DNA from: Candidatus Woesearchaeota archaeon
Lineage (GTDB): Archaea; Nanobdellota; Nanobdellia; Woesearchaeales; WJIZ01
Direction of reading: 5' to 3'
NCBI GenBank assembly: GCA_018303125.1
Contig: JAGVYS010000002.1
Span: 6,600 to 70,599, forward strand
DNA length: 64,000 nucleotides
Of the stretch, positions 9,504 through 19,770 are shown one piece after another. Under the pieces are notes generated by a model, which was given only the letters and a program-made list of their open reading frames with translations, was not told where the DNA came from and ran no database searches. Each line of letters starts with the position of its first letter. The first letter of the stretch is position 1. Position numbers and translations under genes: made by a program.

Positions 9504-11938
9504 TTTATAGATTGCGAATGTTCAAATATTTTCCTTATAAATACTTCGATAATGTATATTGCCAGAAGCATGGCTAAAGGATACAGCCTCAAGTCTACCC
9601 TGTCAGTTTCTGTCCTGAGGGTATAGCTCGTTAGCTCATCAGTTATGCTTTCATCCAGCTTGATTACCTTTCCCCCGGACACAGATACCATATTATATAT
9701 CTCCTTGTTTAGGCCGAGCCTGTAATATTCCTTATAATTGTTTACAGCGACAAGTGCATCGAAAAACTGGAAGTATCCTGGCCCATTTGGCCTGAATGAT
9801 GCCTTGTATATATCTTGGCCTTCTTTCACAAAAGCAATCTCTTTGGAAACTGGGTAATTCTTTGATTTCACAATAACCTCATTATCCTCTCCCAGATAGC
9901 TGTCTTTCACGTCTATTAGTATTTCCTTGTCTTTTTCAGGATTGCCGACAGCATAGTTTATCATTCTTGTAATGAGAATTGAATTTTCCTTATCCAACAA
10001 TTGCCCTGCCCATTCCCTCCCATCATCACTCGCAAATGTTACCACTCTACCTAATCCAAAATTCCAGGAATTCAGAACAGGATTTCCGTCTCCGGTGAAT
10101 ATAAGGCTCTTTGCGCCTAGCTTAGGCACAACAAAATTCACACCGGATACCCTAGCATTTATGTCTAGGGCGTTTGTTATGAAGTGATCTTTATCAACTA
10201 TGGCCAGATTGCTATTTCCTGAAAATATCTTCTCTTTGGCCTCTGGCTTACCGAAGAATATGTTCAAGTATTGGTAATCCTCTGGCTCAAAATAACTCCC
10301 GCTACCTATTGAGGCGAGCTTCTTTAGGAACTGCCGATTTATGGTTTCCTGGCCGCTTATCAAAGAATGCAAACCAACAGTGTATATCCTCACTCCATCT
10401 TTTGCCATCTTTTCTGCAACTGATTTTGGAGCAGGAGGTTCTTTTATGTTTCCCATCTTGCCATCAGAGATGAGAATAACGTTCTTTGTCCCTTTTACCT
10501 TGTCCAGTAACCTGCTTGCCCAGATAAGTCCTTGGTCTATAGCCGTGCCTTGCCCGCTGCCTATCCTCTTTATCTTGTCTATAATGACTTCCCTATTCCC
10601 CTTAAGTTCTGTTGGCTCCGCAACATTTTGTGCAAGGCTTGCAAAAGCAACCACTCCCACATTTATGTCATCCCTAAATGTCTCAACCATCTTGACTGCA
10701 ATTCCCTTCCCGAGGTCAAGGGCAGATCCTGTAGCACCTTTTTTATAGGCAAAATCGCTGAAACTGTCAGATACATCTATTATTATGATTATGTTGTGCT
10801 GTAACTGGTCTACAATCTTTCCAGAGCCCACTTTTACAGGAAGCATCGATTCAACAAGCGTCCCCTCATAGCCTCCTCTATCGAAAGAATTCCTGCCGCC
10901 TATGAAAACAATTCCTCCTCCGTTAATAAGGAACTCTATCAGCCCATCTATTTTTCCACTTATGGCGCTATAATGGACATTATCCATGACAACAGCAAAA
11001 TATTTTTCTAGATTATCAGGTATGTTCTTAGTTATGGTCAGATGATATATATCACCCAGGCTTCTTTCCAATGGACCAGGTTCAGGGGATACAAACAGCA
11101 CCTCTGGCTTTGGAACAGCATTTACTGTCTTGTAAAAAACGTTGTTCTCCACAAAATAATCTTTCAATTCTATTTTTGCGGTTATTTTATGGTATCCTTT
11201 CCCGAAAGTATGCAAAATATCTTTCTCCCTTACGTTTCCTCCTGTAAACTCAAGCTTGTCATCGATGTATATCTGCAAAGTAAACGCTGGTTCCGCCCCT
11301 ATATTACCGACCTTTATCTTAAATAGATTCGGTGTATCTTCTATTGTATCGCTAGGCCCGATTATCTCAACATAGGCATCATTTGCCTCGGGCACAATTT
11401 CAAATGCGAATAACTTTGTATCTGATATCTTGGAGTATATCCCAACATCAATAAGCGATTTTCCAAAATTGCTATTCCCGTCGCTAAGTATCAGAAGGTT
11501 ATCATTGCCTTCAATCTTCCTTAGAATTCCATCTCCAATATCTGAAACTTTGCCGGAAGATATCTGGCTAATTTCTACAGGCGCATTTTTTCCTATTTTG
11601 CTCTTAAGGCTTTCAAGCACAGAATCACCAAATACTTTCATTGACTCAGTATTGTCTACTAGAAGTTTTATCACAGGGTCTCCATGTGTTGAAACTTCCT
11701 TCGTTGTGAATGGGAAAGCAAAGGCAATCAGTAACAACAGTATCATCAAAAGCCTAAAAATTGAAAATAATATCCTGAGGAGTCTTTTTCTCCTGTGAAA
11801 TTCCTTTTTTTCCTCCTTGCTGCCAAACTTTATGAAATCGTGATAAACAAAAAAAAGAAGCACTGCGGCTGCTGGAAATATTAAAAGTAGCACATAGGGG
11901 TTTTCCAGGCAATAGTTGTTATAGCATCCAAACGTCAT
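9500..11938 (-). CDS. large membrane protein with vWA domain (BatB/BatA-like)
   Basis: N-terminal TM helices; internal vWA-like MIDAS segment IIIIIDVSDSFSDF...GTAIDQGL...ILISDGKMGN. Confidence 0.55.
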   Translation of the reverse strand: MTFGCYNNYCLENPYVLLLIFPAAAVLLFFVYHDFIKFGSKEEKKEFHRRKRLLRILFSIFRLLMILLLLIAFAFPFTTKEVSTHGDPVIKLLVDNTESMKVFGDSVLESLKSKIGKNAPVEISQISSGKVSDIGDGILRKIEGNDNLLILSDGNSNFGKSLIDVGIYSKISDTKLFAFEIVPEANDAYVEIIGPSDTIEDTPNLFKIKVGNIGAEPAFTLQIYIDDKLEFTGGNVREKDILHTFGKGYHKITAKIELKDYFVENNVFYKTVNAVPKPEVLFVSPEPGPLERSLGDIYHLTITKNIPDNLEKYFAVVMDNVHYSAISGKIDGLIEFLINGGGIVFIGGRNSFDRGGYEGTLVESMLPVKVGSGKIVDQLQHNIIIIIDVSDSFSDFAYKKGATGSALDLGKGIAVKMVETFRDDINVGVVAFASLAQNVAEPTELKGNREVIIDKIKRIGSGQGTAIDQGLIWASRLLDKVKGTKNVILISDGKMGNIKEPPAPKSVAEKMAKDGVRIYTVGLHSLISGQETINRQFLKKLASIGSGSYFEPEDYQYLNIFFGKPEAKEKIFSGNSNLAIVDKDHFITNALDINARVSGVNFVVPKLGAKSLIFTGDGNPVLNSWNFGLGRVVTFASDDGREWAGQLLDKENSILITRMINYAVGNPEKDKEILIDVKDSYLGEDNEVIVKSKNYPVSKEIAFVKEGQDIYKASFRPNGPGYFQFFDALVAVNNYKEYYRLGLNKEIYNMVSVSGGKVIKLDESITDELTSYTLRTETDRVDLRLYPLAMLLAIYIIEVFIRKIFEHSQSIK

Positions 11939-13707
11939 AAGTCCCCTCTTCTTTTTATGTAGAAAATCTCGAACAAAAATAGTGCTGCTGCAGCTAAAAG
12001 GATATAAAATCCCAGGTTGACCTCAACTGGCGCTTTATCAAGTGTCTCATTGAAATCACTGCTGTTGATAATAGCTGACTTTCTTGTTATGTCAGATTCC
12101 TGCTGATTCAGAAGGTTTACTGCTATTCTTCCGCTTTCGCTTTCAAAAAAGCCTATATTTTCAAGCACTTCCCTTCCTGACTTATTGAAGCCTAAAATTG
12201 AATCTCCGGTCTTGTAATTGAAATTAGACAGTTCCTCCCTACCTAGCATGAAATTAATGAGAGAATCCCAGAATAAAGGATATGAAACCTGCTCTTCAAA
12301 ATCTCCCTCTATTATTCCATAATAAAGAAGCCCGCCTTCTGAGATTAATAATGGATTTCCGGATTTTGAGGATGCAAGAACAATCGAATTGTTATTCTTT
12401 ACTTTTGCTTCGAGGTATTTTGAAATTGATGCAAAGCATCTTGGGCTGCTTATTCCCTTTGTAATCGCACTTACTATATCTACGCAGGCTTCGTCCTCCT
12501 TGTTAATGGCAGACCCAACTTCAAATCCGGTAAGTCCATCTGTGCTACCGAGTCCATCATATGCTGAAAGTATTACTTTGCCTCCCTTCCCAACATATTC
12601 TTTTATTTCCTTGAATGTGTTTGGCAAAATATTGCCCTTGGCTATGTCGCTGACAAATACAATATCGTGAGTTAATTCCGGAAATACAGGGGGCACAGCA
12701 ACATTAACAACAAATTGAGTATTTGCAATAAGGGCATCGAGTTTGGAGTTGCTATTCTTGTTGTTCGTTATAAATAATATATTAATTTTCTCCTTATAAG
12801 GATTTGAGAGGTATATCCTGTCATCCCTGTCAAAAATGTCCTTCTGTGCCAGCTCTAATGTGGTTTCACCCTGAGGTATGTCGAAGGATATATATTCGCT
12901 CGAACCAGGTTCTATATCCATCTTTTTCCTCTGCTTTTCAGCGCCATTGATAGACATCTTCACTTCTACTGACCTTGCTGTCTCGCCGAAATTCCTGACG
13001 TATGCCTCACCTGCTCCCCTATATATGTTGAGTTCGGTAAATCCCATATTCTGCTTCGGAGAACCTGCCTGTATGAATACAACTCTTTTGTTGTTCACCT
13101 CGGAAATTTTCTTTGCTGCCAGTATATCTTCATCAGGCACTAGCAAAAAATCAGAGTACACTAATATAGTGCCCTTTTCTGTGCCCAGTATGTCATTTGC
13201 CAAAAGGATTGAGCTGTCTATCCTTGTTGGCACATCTACAGGCGCAAGATTGGATATTATTGCCCTTGCCCGGCTTGATGAGACGTTCCTTACTACAACA
13301 ACAGGAGATTCCGCCGCAAGTATAACGCTTGCCTTGCCCTTTATTTCACTAAGAAGTTCTTTCTTGTTGCTATCAAGCCTTGTTACTGCGCCCTCCTTTA
13401 CCCACATGGAAGAACTTACATCCACAACAGCTATGGTATTAAGAGAAAAAACATCCATCGGGAAATCTATTACCGGACCTGCAGAGCTTACGGCAAGAAA
13501 AGCTATGAAAAAAAGCTGGATGAAGAATAGTGCCTTGAGCAATAGCTTCTGGAAGAAAGCATTGTATTTCCTTACGTTTTTCTGCTGCATGAAAAACATA
13601 AGTGAAGGCACATTTAGGTCAACAGGCTTGGCCTTGATAAGATAGATAATTATAAGAGGCACAATGAACCAAAGAAGGTGAAGGGCTTGGGGTGTAGTGA
13701 ATTCCAT
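11935..13707 (-). CDS. BatA-like vWA-domain membrane protein
   Basis: N-terminal two-TM aerotolerance-regulator-like segment, then IAVVDVSSSMW (DxSxS MIDAS) vWA domain; overlaps downstream gene start (operon). Confidence 0.6.
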   Translation of the reverse strand: MEFTTPQALHLLWFIVPLIIIYLIKAKPVDLNVPSLMFFMQQKNVRKYNAFFQKLLLKALFFIQLFFIAFLAVSSAGPVIDFPMDVFSLNTIAVVDVSSSMWVKEGAVTRLDSNKKELLSEIKGKASVILAAESPVVVVRNVSSSRARAIISNLAPVDVPTRIDSSILLANDILGTEKGTILVYSDFLLVPDEDILAAKKISEVNNKRVVFIQAGSPKQNMGFTELNIYRGAGEAYVRNFGETARSVEVKMSINGAEKQRKKMDIEPGSSEYISFDIPQGETTLELAQKDIFDRDDRIYLSNPYKEKINILFITNNKNSNSKLDALIANTQFVVNVAVPPVFPELTHDIVFVSDIAKGNILPNTFKEIKEYVGKGGKVILSAYDGLGSTDGLTGFEVGSAINKEDEACVDIVSAITKGISSPRCFASISKYLEAKVKNNNSIVLASSKSGNPLLISEGGLLYYGIIEGDFEEQVSYPLFWDSLINFMLGREELSNFNYKTGDSILGFNKSGREVLENIGFFESESGRIAVNLLNQQESDITRKSAIINSSDFNETLDKAPVEVNLGFYILLAAAALFLFEIFYIKRRGDL

Positions 13708-13907
13708 TATTGACCCCTCTTCCTGAGCATTTTCTTTTGAAGCTCATTTTCATTAAGAAGTTCCTTTAAAAGGACAAGAGCATCATCAATCTCATACCAG
13801 AAAAGCTCGCTCTCTGCCATTATCCCCAAGTCACTTCTGGCTTCAATAGGTATTGTTATTTGTCCCTGCTTTGTTACCTTCACCTTTGATATGAACTTTG
13901 GCCGCAT
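13707..13907 (-). CDS. AbrB/MazE/SpoVT-family DNA-binding protein
   Basis: 66 aa; KVTKQGQITIPIEARSDLGI swapped-hairpin signature. Confidence 0.55.
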   Translation of the reverse strand: MRPKFISKVKVTKQGQITIPIEARSDLGIMAESELFWYEIDDALVLLKELLNENELQKKMLRKRGQ

Positions 13908-13993
13908 TATTAATACTATTAATTTACTTAATTTTAATACTTATAAAACTTTGCAAATAGCGGGCCAATATTTTTAAATGGGGCGATAACGTT

Positions 13994-15109
13994 TTGCGTA
14001 TGATTTCAGTAATAGGCGCCGGGCCTGCGGGAAGCTTTTATGCCTATAAGGAGAAGCATGATGATGTCACAATATTCGAAGAGCACAAGACATGCGGCGA
14101 TCCGGTTGCGTGCACAGGAATACTTACCGATTCTGTGAAGCAGTTCGTAGACATACCTAGAAACCTAATTGTAAGCAAGATAAGGAAATTCAAGATGGTT
14201 TCTCCAAATGGAAAGGAGATGTATATAGACTTGAAGAAGGAAAACCTTGTTCTTGATAGGGCAAGATTCGATAGGTTTATTCTTGACAAAGCTCTTGACA
14301 AAGGTGTAAAAATAAATCTTGGAGAGAAATTTCTTGGATATAAAAAATCTGGGAAAGGGTATTCCATAAAGACAAGCAAGCGCACATACGATACAAGCAT
14401 GATAGTAGGCGCAGATGGCCCATTCAGCCAGGTAGCAAGGTCAACAGGCATATATGGAAATAGGACATTTGTAAAAGGATGGCAGGCAAGATGCAAATTC
14501 CCAAATCTTGAGCCTGGTGTGACCGAGATTCATCTCAATCTGGGTGAATTCTCATGGGTTGTGCCTGAAGATGACAAAATAGCAAGAGTTGGTGTGATAG
14601 GTATAGACAACACGAAGCTAAAGAGCGATTACAAAAAGCTTCTGGGTGCATCTAAGGTAATTGAAGACCAATCAGGGTATATTCCAGTGTATAACCCAAA
14701 GCAGAGGCTCAGGAAAGAAAACGTTTTCCTTATAGGGGACGCTGCCACGCAGGTGAAGGCAACAACATACGGGGGCATTCTTTACGGAATGATAGCGGGA
14801 AACTATCTAGCAATGGACAAAGAAGATTACATAAGCAATGTTAACAAAAAGCTCGCAAAGGATTTATGGGTGAGCCTTAAAATGAGGGAAATGATGAACA
14901 GCATGTCTGAGAAACAGGCAAACGAAATGATTGAGATATTCAGGAAGAAGAGCAATACCGATATACTTTCCAACCATGACAGGAATTTCCCCTCAAAATT
15001 CATAGTGCAGCTGCTGATGAAGGAAGCAAAGCTATGGAAGCTTGGCTTCAGCATATTCAGGAACAGGGTGTTCGGAAAAAAAGGCATGGAAGAGATGTTC
15101 ATTAAGTGA
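13994..15109 (+). CDS. geranylgeranyl reductase family FAD-dependent oxidoreductase (digeranylgeranylglycerophospholipid reductase-like)
   Basis: VIGAGPAGSFYAY dinucleotide-binding motif, DPVACTGIL, GDAA...TTYGGI motifs typical of GGR. Confidence 0.8.
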   Translation: MRMISVIGAGPAGSFYAYKEKHDDVTIFEEHKTCGDPVACTGILTDSVKQFVDIPRNLIVSKIRKFKMVSPNGKEMYIDLKKENLVLDRARFDRFILDKALDKGVKINLGEKFLGYKKSGKGYSIKTSKRTYDTSMIVGADGPFSQVARSTGIYGNRTFVKGWQARCKFPNLEPGVTEIHLNLGEFSWVVPEDDKIARVGVIGIDNTKLKSDYKKLLGASKVIEDQSGYIPVYNPKQRLRKENVFLIGDAATQVKATTYGGILYGMIAGNYLAMDKEDYISNVNKKLAKDLWVSLKMREMMNSMSEKQANEMIEIFRKKSNTDILSNHDRNFPSKFIVQLLMKEAKLWKLGFSIFRNRVFGKKGMEEMFIK

Positions 15110-15160
15110 GATGTTCTAACCCCCGAAAAGATTAAATTCTCGCATTTAATCCTAGCATCA

Positions 15161-16372
15161 ATGAAAAGGAGAGAAAGCATAGAAGTACAGGTAGGTAAGG
15201 TAGGCATTGGCGCAGATAACCCTATAAGGATACAGTCAATGACCAATACCCCAACATCAGATGTTGATGCAACCGTTTCCCAGATAATTGAGCTTATAGA
15301 GGCTGGTTCTGAGCTGGTAAGGTTCACTGTAAAAGATTTCAAGGATGCTGAGGCTGTTCCAAAGATAAAGGAAAAACTCGAGCAGGAAAAATATGATGCT
15401 CCATTGATAGGTGATTTCCACTATAATGGCCATCTTCTTCTCAAGAAATATCCAGAGGCAGCTCAAGCTTTGGACAAGCTAAGGATAAATCCAGGAAATG
15501 TCGGCTTTGGGAACAGCCATGACTCAAATTTTAAAATGATAATAGACAAGGCAATTGAATTCGGGAAGCCTGTAAGGATTGGTGTAAATTTTGGCTCAAT
15601 CGACCAGAGAATATTCATGCGTCTTATGGATGAAAACTCCAAAAAGGAGCAGGAAGAGCAGAAAAGCTCAGAGGAACTGGTTGTTGAGGCAATGTGCCAG
15701 AGTGCAGTTGAGTCTGAAAATTTAGCCAAGGAGTATGGAATGAAACCCAATAAGATAATCCTATCTGCAAAAGTCAGCGACGTCTCATCAGTTGTAAATG
15801 CATATACCGAACTTGCTAAGTTAACAAAGCAGCCCCTCCATCTTGGCCTGACTGAAGCAGGCATGGGAGAAAAGGGAATAATAGCAACAGCTGCTGCACT
15901 AAGCACGATACTGAATAAAGGCATAGGCGATACTATAAGGGTATCTTTGACACCAAGGCCAGGTGCTTCAAGGACAGAAGAAGTAAAGGTTGCCCAGCAG
16001 ATATTGCAGGCAAATGGCCTTAGGAGTTTTTTGCCATCTGTGACTAGCTGTCCGGGCTGTGGCAGGACTTCTTCTGCGCTTTTCCAGGAGATAGCAGAGG
16101 AAATAACAGAATACCTGCAGAAAAGGGCAAAGGAGTGGAAAAAAGCAGGGAAAAAAGGCTTTGAAGAGATGAGGGTAGCTGTGATGGGATGTGTTGTAAA
16201 CGGCCTTGGAGAAAGCAGAAACGCCAACATCGGACTAAGCCTGCCTGGAAGCGGGGAGGACCCTGTTTCACCAGTATACGCAGATGGAAAGGAGATAACA
16301 AGGCTGCATGGCGAAACAAGAATATCAGATTTTAAGAAACTGATTGAAGAATATGTCGAAAATCATTATTAG
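15161..16372 (+). CDS. ispG: 4-hydroxy-3-methylbut-2-en-1-yl diphosphate synthase (IspG/GcpE), bacterial type
   Basis: Conserved blocks IRIQSMTNT, RINPGNVG, QPLHLGLTEAG, GIGDTIRVSL, CPGCGRT, GCVVNGLGE align with bacterial IspG. Confidence 0.9.
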   Translation: MKRRESIEVQVGKVGIGADNPIRIQSMTNTPTSDVDATVSQIIELIEAGSELVRFTVKDFKDAEAVPKIKEKLEQEKYDAPLIGDFHYNGHLLLKKYPEAAQALDKLRINPGNVGFGNSHDSNFKMIIDKAIEFGKPVRIGVNFGSIDQRIFMRLMDENSKKEQEEQKSSEELVVEAMCQSAVESENLAKEYGMKPNKIILSAKVSDVSSVVNAYTELAKLTKQPLHLGLTEAGMGEKGIIATAAALSTILNKGIGDTIRVSLTPRPGASRTEEVKVAQQILQANGLRSFLPSVTSCPGCGRTSSALFQEIAEEITEYLQKRAKEWKKAGKKGFEEMRVAVMGCVVNGLGESRNANIGLSLPGSGEDPVSPVYADGKEITRLHGETRISDFKKLIEEYVENHY

Positions 16373-17286
16373 GGCTTTAGTTCATCAGGCATCATGAACT
16401 GTACATTTTCCTTTACTGCCTCCAGCTCCTCAACTTCGGAAGGGTAATATCCCTTGATTGCGCTCACTACCCCCTTTACAAGCACATCAGGAACAGACGC
16501 TCCAGATGTTACGCCTATGACCTGCGCATCCCTAATCCATTCATTCTTTATAGACATGCTGTCCGATATCAAGTAAGAATTTACTCCGCAATGCCTTGCG
16601 GCATCAACAAGCCTGTTTGAATTCGAGCTGGTTGGCGAGCCAACAACAAGTATTAGGTCAGCATATTTGCATAATTCCTTGACTGCATTCTGCCTATTTG
16701 TTGTTGCATAGCATATATCCTCTTTAGGAGGTGATTCTATTTTTGGAAACTTTTTTTTCAGTGCAGAGATAATTATGCTTGTGTCATCAAGCGATAATGT
16801 TGTCTGGGTGAGATAAACCATCTTTTCAGAGTCTATCTCAAGCTTCGATACATCATTCAGATTCTCGACAAGATGCATGTGAGCATAACCCATTGTTCCT
16901 TCAACCTCTATATGCCCTCTATGCCCGACTAGCACTATAGAATAGCCATTGCGGCTATATCTCCTTGCCTCAACATGTACTTTTGTCACAAGAGGGCAGA
17001 CAGCATCTATTACCTCAAGTCCCATGGTTTTTGCATCTGCCTTTACAGATGGGGAAGTCCCATGTGCGCTGAATATAGCCCTGCTACCAGAAGGTATCTC
17101 TGACAAATTCTCGACAAAAATTGCGCCCTTCTTTTCGAGATCACGTACCACATAAACATTATGGACTATATGATGCTTTACATAAATAGGTCTGCCAAAT
17201 TTTTCAAGGGCTGCTTCCACTATATCCACTGCCCTTGTAACGCCGGCGCAATACCCTCTTGGGTTAGCCAGAAGTATCTTTTTCAT
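16369..17286 (-). CDS. ispH: 4-hydroxy-3-methylbut-2-enyl diphosphate reductase (IspH/LytB), bacterial type
   Basis: Near-colinear match to bacterial IspH: ILLANPRGYCAGVTRA, IYVKHHIVHN, CPLVTKVH, LTQTTLS.DDT, DICYATTNRQ, SSNSNRL. Confidence 0.85.
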   Translation of the reverse strand: MKKILLANPRGYCAGVTRAVDIVEAALEKFGRPIYVKHHIVHNVYVVRDLEKKGAIFVENLSEIPSGSRAIFSAHGTSPSVKADAKTMGLEVIDAVCPLVTKVHVEARRYSRNGYSIVLVGHRGHIEVEGTMGYAHMHLVENLNDVSKLEIDSEKMVYLTQTTLSLDDTSIIISALKKKFPKIESPPKEDICYATTNRQNAVKELCKYADLILVVGSPTSSNSNRLVDAARHCGVNSYLISDSMSIKNEWIRDAQVIGVTSGASVPDVLVKGVVSAIKGYYPSEVEELEAVKENVQFMMPDELKP

Positions 17287-17319
17287 ATTCAGAGAGAGCG
17301 AAAAGAATGCATAAAAAGC

Positions 17320-18609
17320 TTACGACTCCCTTAAGTATCCCCAGGTATTGAGCTTGTCCGAATCCTCGAACCACCTATCACCTATGTCTGTCCTGTAATA
17401 CATATGGGGGATTATAATATTCCTAATCCTGCTGTAAACTTGGCTTTGAGTCTGCCTCATGGTCTGGCCTGTGCCGCATACTATCAACGCAACACCAACC
17501 GTTCCTGTTATGACCCACTCACCATTGACAAGCTTCATATCCTCGATATGCACTCCATCCATAGGTTTCTTGAAGTAAACTAATGAATCCTTTGATTTAA
17601 CCTCAAATGTCTCCTTGTCATTAAATGGGAACGGGGGAACAACAATCCTGACGCCTATCTGGAACCCGCTCTTGAACTTGAGCTTTGGCAAATTGCCATG
17701 CGCTATTTCGTAAAGGAACTCCCCTATAGGAGTGTTCATCCCTTCCTGCTGTATACTGATTGTTGGATATCCGAATCTTGTCGTGAATTCCAATGGATAT
17801 ATTCCATAGCTGTTGACAATGCAGTTAATGTCTATGTATCCGACATATTTCTCCTCGGCAAGCTTTTGCTCCATTTTCTTTAGGGTATTGTTGAATATCT
17901 TGTTTGGCACGGACCAGAACATTGTGCATCCCATCTCACCTGTAGATGGGCCAAGGTTTCCGGGAAACAATTTCTTGTGCTCAAAGTTAACATTTATTGG
18001 GTAGATGAACTCATTGCCATTGAAGAAAGCTCCCACAGCAACCTCAACTCCGCTTATCGCCTTTTGCAGCTGGAAAACTGGTATTTTCTTTGACCATGAT
18101 TTCTTATAATCGCCAAGAACCTGAATGACATCCTTGCCGTCCTCCTCCTCGCCAACGAAAAGAAGGCCTTTTATGTTCTGAGACTGGCCACTTGGCTTTA
18201 TGACATACTTTCCTGGATTCTGCTTGACAAACTCTATGGCCTCATCAAAAGAAGTAAAGTCCTTATAAGGTATTATTGGCACTCCGAATCTCTTCAGCTC
18301 TTCCTGCCCAAATGCCCTGTCATCTTCAAGGCTATCAGTATATGGAGTGCCTCCTATTACAAATTTCCCCTTGTTTCGCAGCTTCTTGGCTTTTGTCCCC
18401 TGCCCTAGGACATCATCAAATACTATTATATCTGCCCATTCTGTTTCCTTTTCCCAGTCGCTGATTTTAGGTACGAAACCATCTCCGACTTCCGATTCTT
18501 CCTTGTTCTGGACATAATATTTTACCTGATTCCCTTCTTTGATTATCTGCCATGCTAAGTCTACACTTAATGCATCAAGAGAAACAAAAAGAAATTTTTT
18601 TGGCTCCAC
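17320..18609 (-). CDS. ATP-grasp enzyme of the PurD (phosphoribosylamine--glycine ligase) family
   Basis: Blocks YVIKPSGQSQNIKG, GPSTGEMG, IDINCIVNSYGIYPLEFTTRFGYP parallel PurD motifs; N-terminal region divergent. Confidence 0.5.
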   Translation of the reverse strand: MEPKKFLFVSLDALSVDLAWQIIKEGNQVKYYVQNKEESEVGDGFVPKISDWEKETEWADIIVFDDVLGQGTKAKKLRNKGKFVIGGTPYTDSLEDDRAFGQEELKRFGVPIIPYKDFTSFDEAIEFVKQNPGKYVIKPSGQSQNIKGLLFVGEEEDGKDVIQVLGDYKKSWSKKIPVFQLQKAISGVEVAVGAFFNGNEFIYPINVNFEHKKLFPGNLGPSTGEMGCTMFWSVPNKIFNNTLKKMEQKLAEEKYVGYIDINCIVNSYGIYPLEFTTRFGYPTISIQQEGMNTPIGEFLYEIAHGNLPKLKFKSGFQIGVRIVVPPFPFNDKETFEVKSKDSLVYFKKPMDGVHIEDMKLVNGEWVITGTVGVALIVCGTGQTMRQTQSQVYSRIRNIIIPHMYYRTDIGDRWFEDSDKLNTWGYLRES

Positions 18610-18704
18610 GAGAGCAGCTTATGCAGTGTATATTTAATTCTTATCATTTATTTTTTAGGCAGAAAAACGAAACTAATAAAAATAAAGTATGAATATGCCA
18701 TACC

Positions 18705-19769
18705 ATGGATATAGAGCCCATACTTGCATATTCCTTTTTAGGAAATACCGTGAAGCAGTACGCTATTTCAGCAGGGATTTTCATAATCACATATGTTGTT
18801 CTGAGCTTGTTCAAATTTGGGGTTATAAAGAAACTTAAGAAACTAGCATTAAAGACAAAAACAGAGATAGATGACCTATTGGTGCAAATTCTAGACAATA
18901 TACACTGGCCTTTCTACTCTTTTATGTCTTTGTTCGTTGCCTCCCAATATCTGCAGCTGCATCCTTTTGCAAGCAGGATATTGTCCTACATTTTTATCAT
19001 AGTCTCAGGCTACTATGTTGTAAAGGCACTCCAGGACCTGATTAAATACGGGACAAGCAGTATAATAAAAAAGCAGCAGGAGACAGACAAGAATTTTGAC
19101 AGCACTGCGCTGGAATTGCTTAGCAAAATAGCAAAGATAATCCTATGGGTCCTTGCCGGAATACTTATACTCTCCAATCTTGGATATAATGTTTCTACAT
19201 TGCTTGCCGGCGTTGGAATAGGCGGCATAGCCATAGCCTTTGCATTGCAGAATATCCTCTCGGATATATTCTCCTCATTCTCAATCTACTTCGACAAGCC
19301 GTTCCAGAAAGGCGACCTCATAGTGATAGGCCCTGATAAGGGCTATGTCAGGAAGATAGGCATAAAATCCACCAGAATACAGACAATGGAAGGCCAGGAA
19401 TTGGTTGTCCCGAACAAGGAGCTTACGAGCATAAGAATAAACAATTTCAAGAAAATGGAGAAAAGGAGGGCCATATTTAGGTTTAGTGTTGTTTATGAAA
19501 CTTCATTATCAAAGATGAAAAAGATTCCTGAGATAGTAAACAAGATTATTGCTTCAACAGAGAATGCTGAGTTCGAAAGGGTCCATTTCAAAGAATTCGG
19601 TGATTTCAGCCTCAACTATGAGGCTGCATATTTCCTTAACTCAAACAAAGAGAATATTTACAGGGATGCGCAGCATAAGATAAACCTTGCACTTAAGGAG
19701 GCTTTTGAGAAGGATGGTATTTCTTTAGCCTATCCAACCCAGAAACTCTACCTTGCTAAGGAATCCTGA
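18705..19769 (+). CDS. MscS-family small-conductance mechanosensitive channel
   Basis: TM3-like LLAGVGIGGIAIAFALQNILSDI followed by beta-domain FDKPFQKGDLIVIG...GYVRKIGIKSTRIQT. Confidence 0.8.
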   Translation: MDIEPILAYSFLGNTVKQYAISAGIFIITYVVLSLFKFGVIKKLKKLALKTKTEIDDLLVQILDNIHWPFYSFMSLFVASQYLQLHPFASRILSYIFIIVSGYYVVKALQDLIKYGTSSIIKKQQETDKNFDSTALELLSKIAKIILWVLAGILILSNLGYNVSTLLAGVGIGGIAIAFALQNILSDIFSSFSIYFDKPFQKGDLIVIGPDKGYVRKIGIKSTRIQTMEGQELVVPNKELTSIRINNFKKMEKRRAIFRFSVVYETSLSKMKKIPEIVNKIIASTENAEFERVHFKEFGDFSLNYEAAYFLNSNKENIYRDAQHKINLALKEAFEKDGISLAYPTQKLYLAKES

Positions 19770-19770
19770 T

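Noticed and set aside
14044-16319. Minus-strand ORFs inside the GGR and ispG genes (14044..14496, 15463..16230, 16044..16319)
   Set aside because: They are antisense to genes with unambiguous conserved motifs and have no features of their own.
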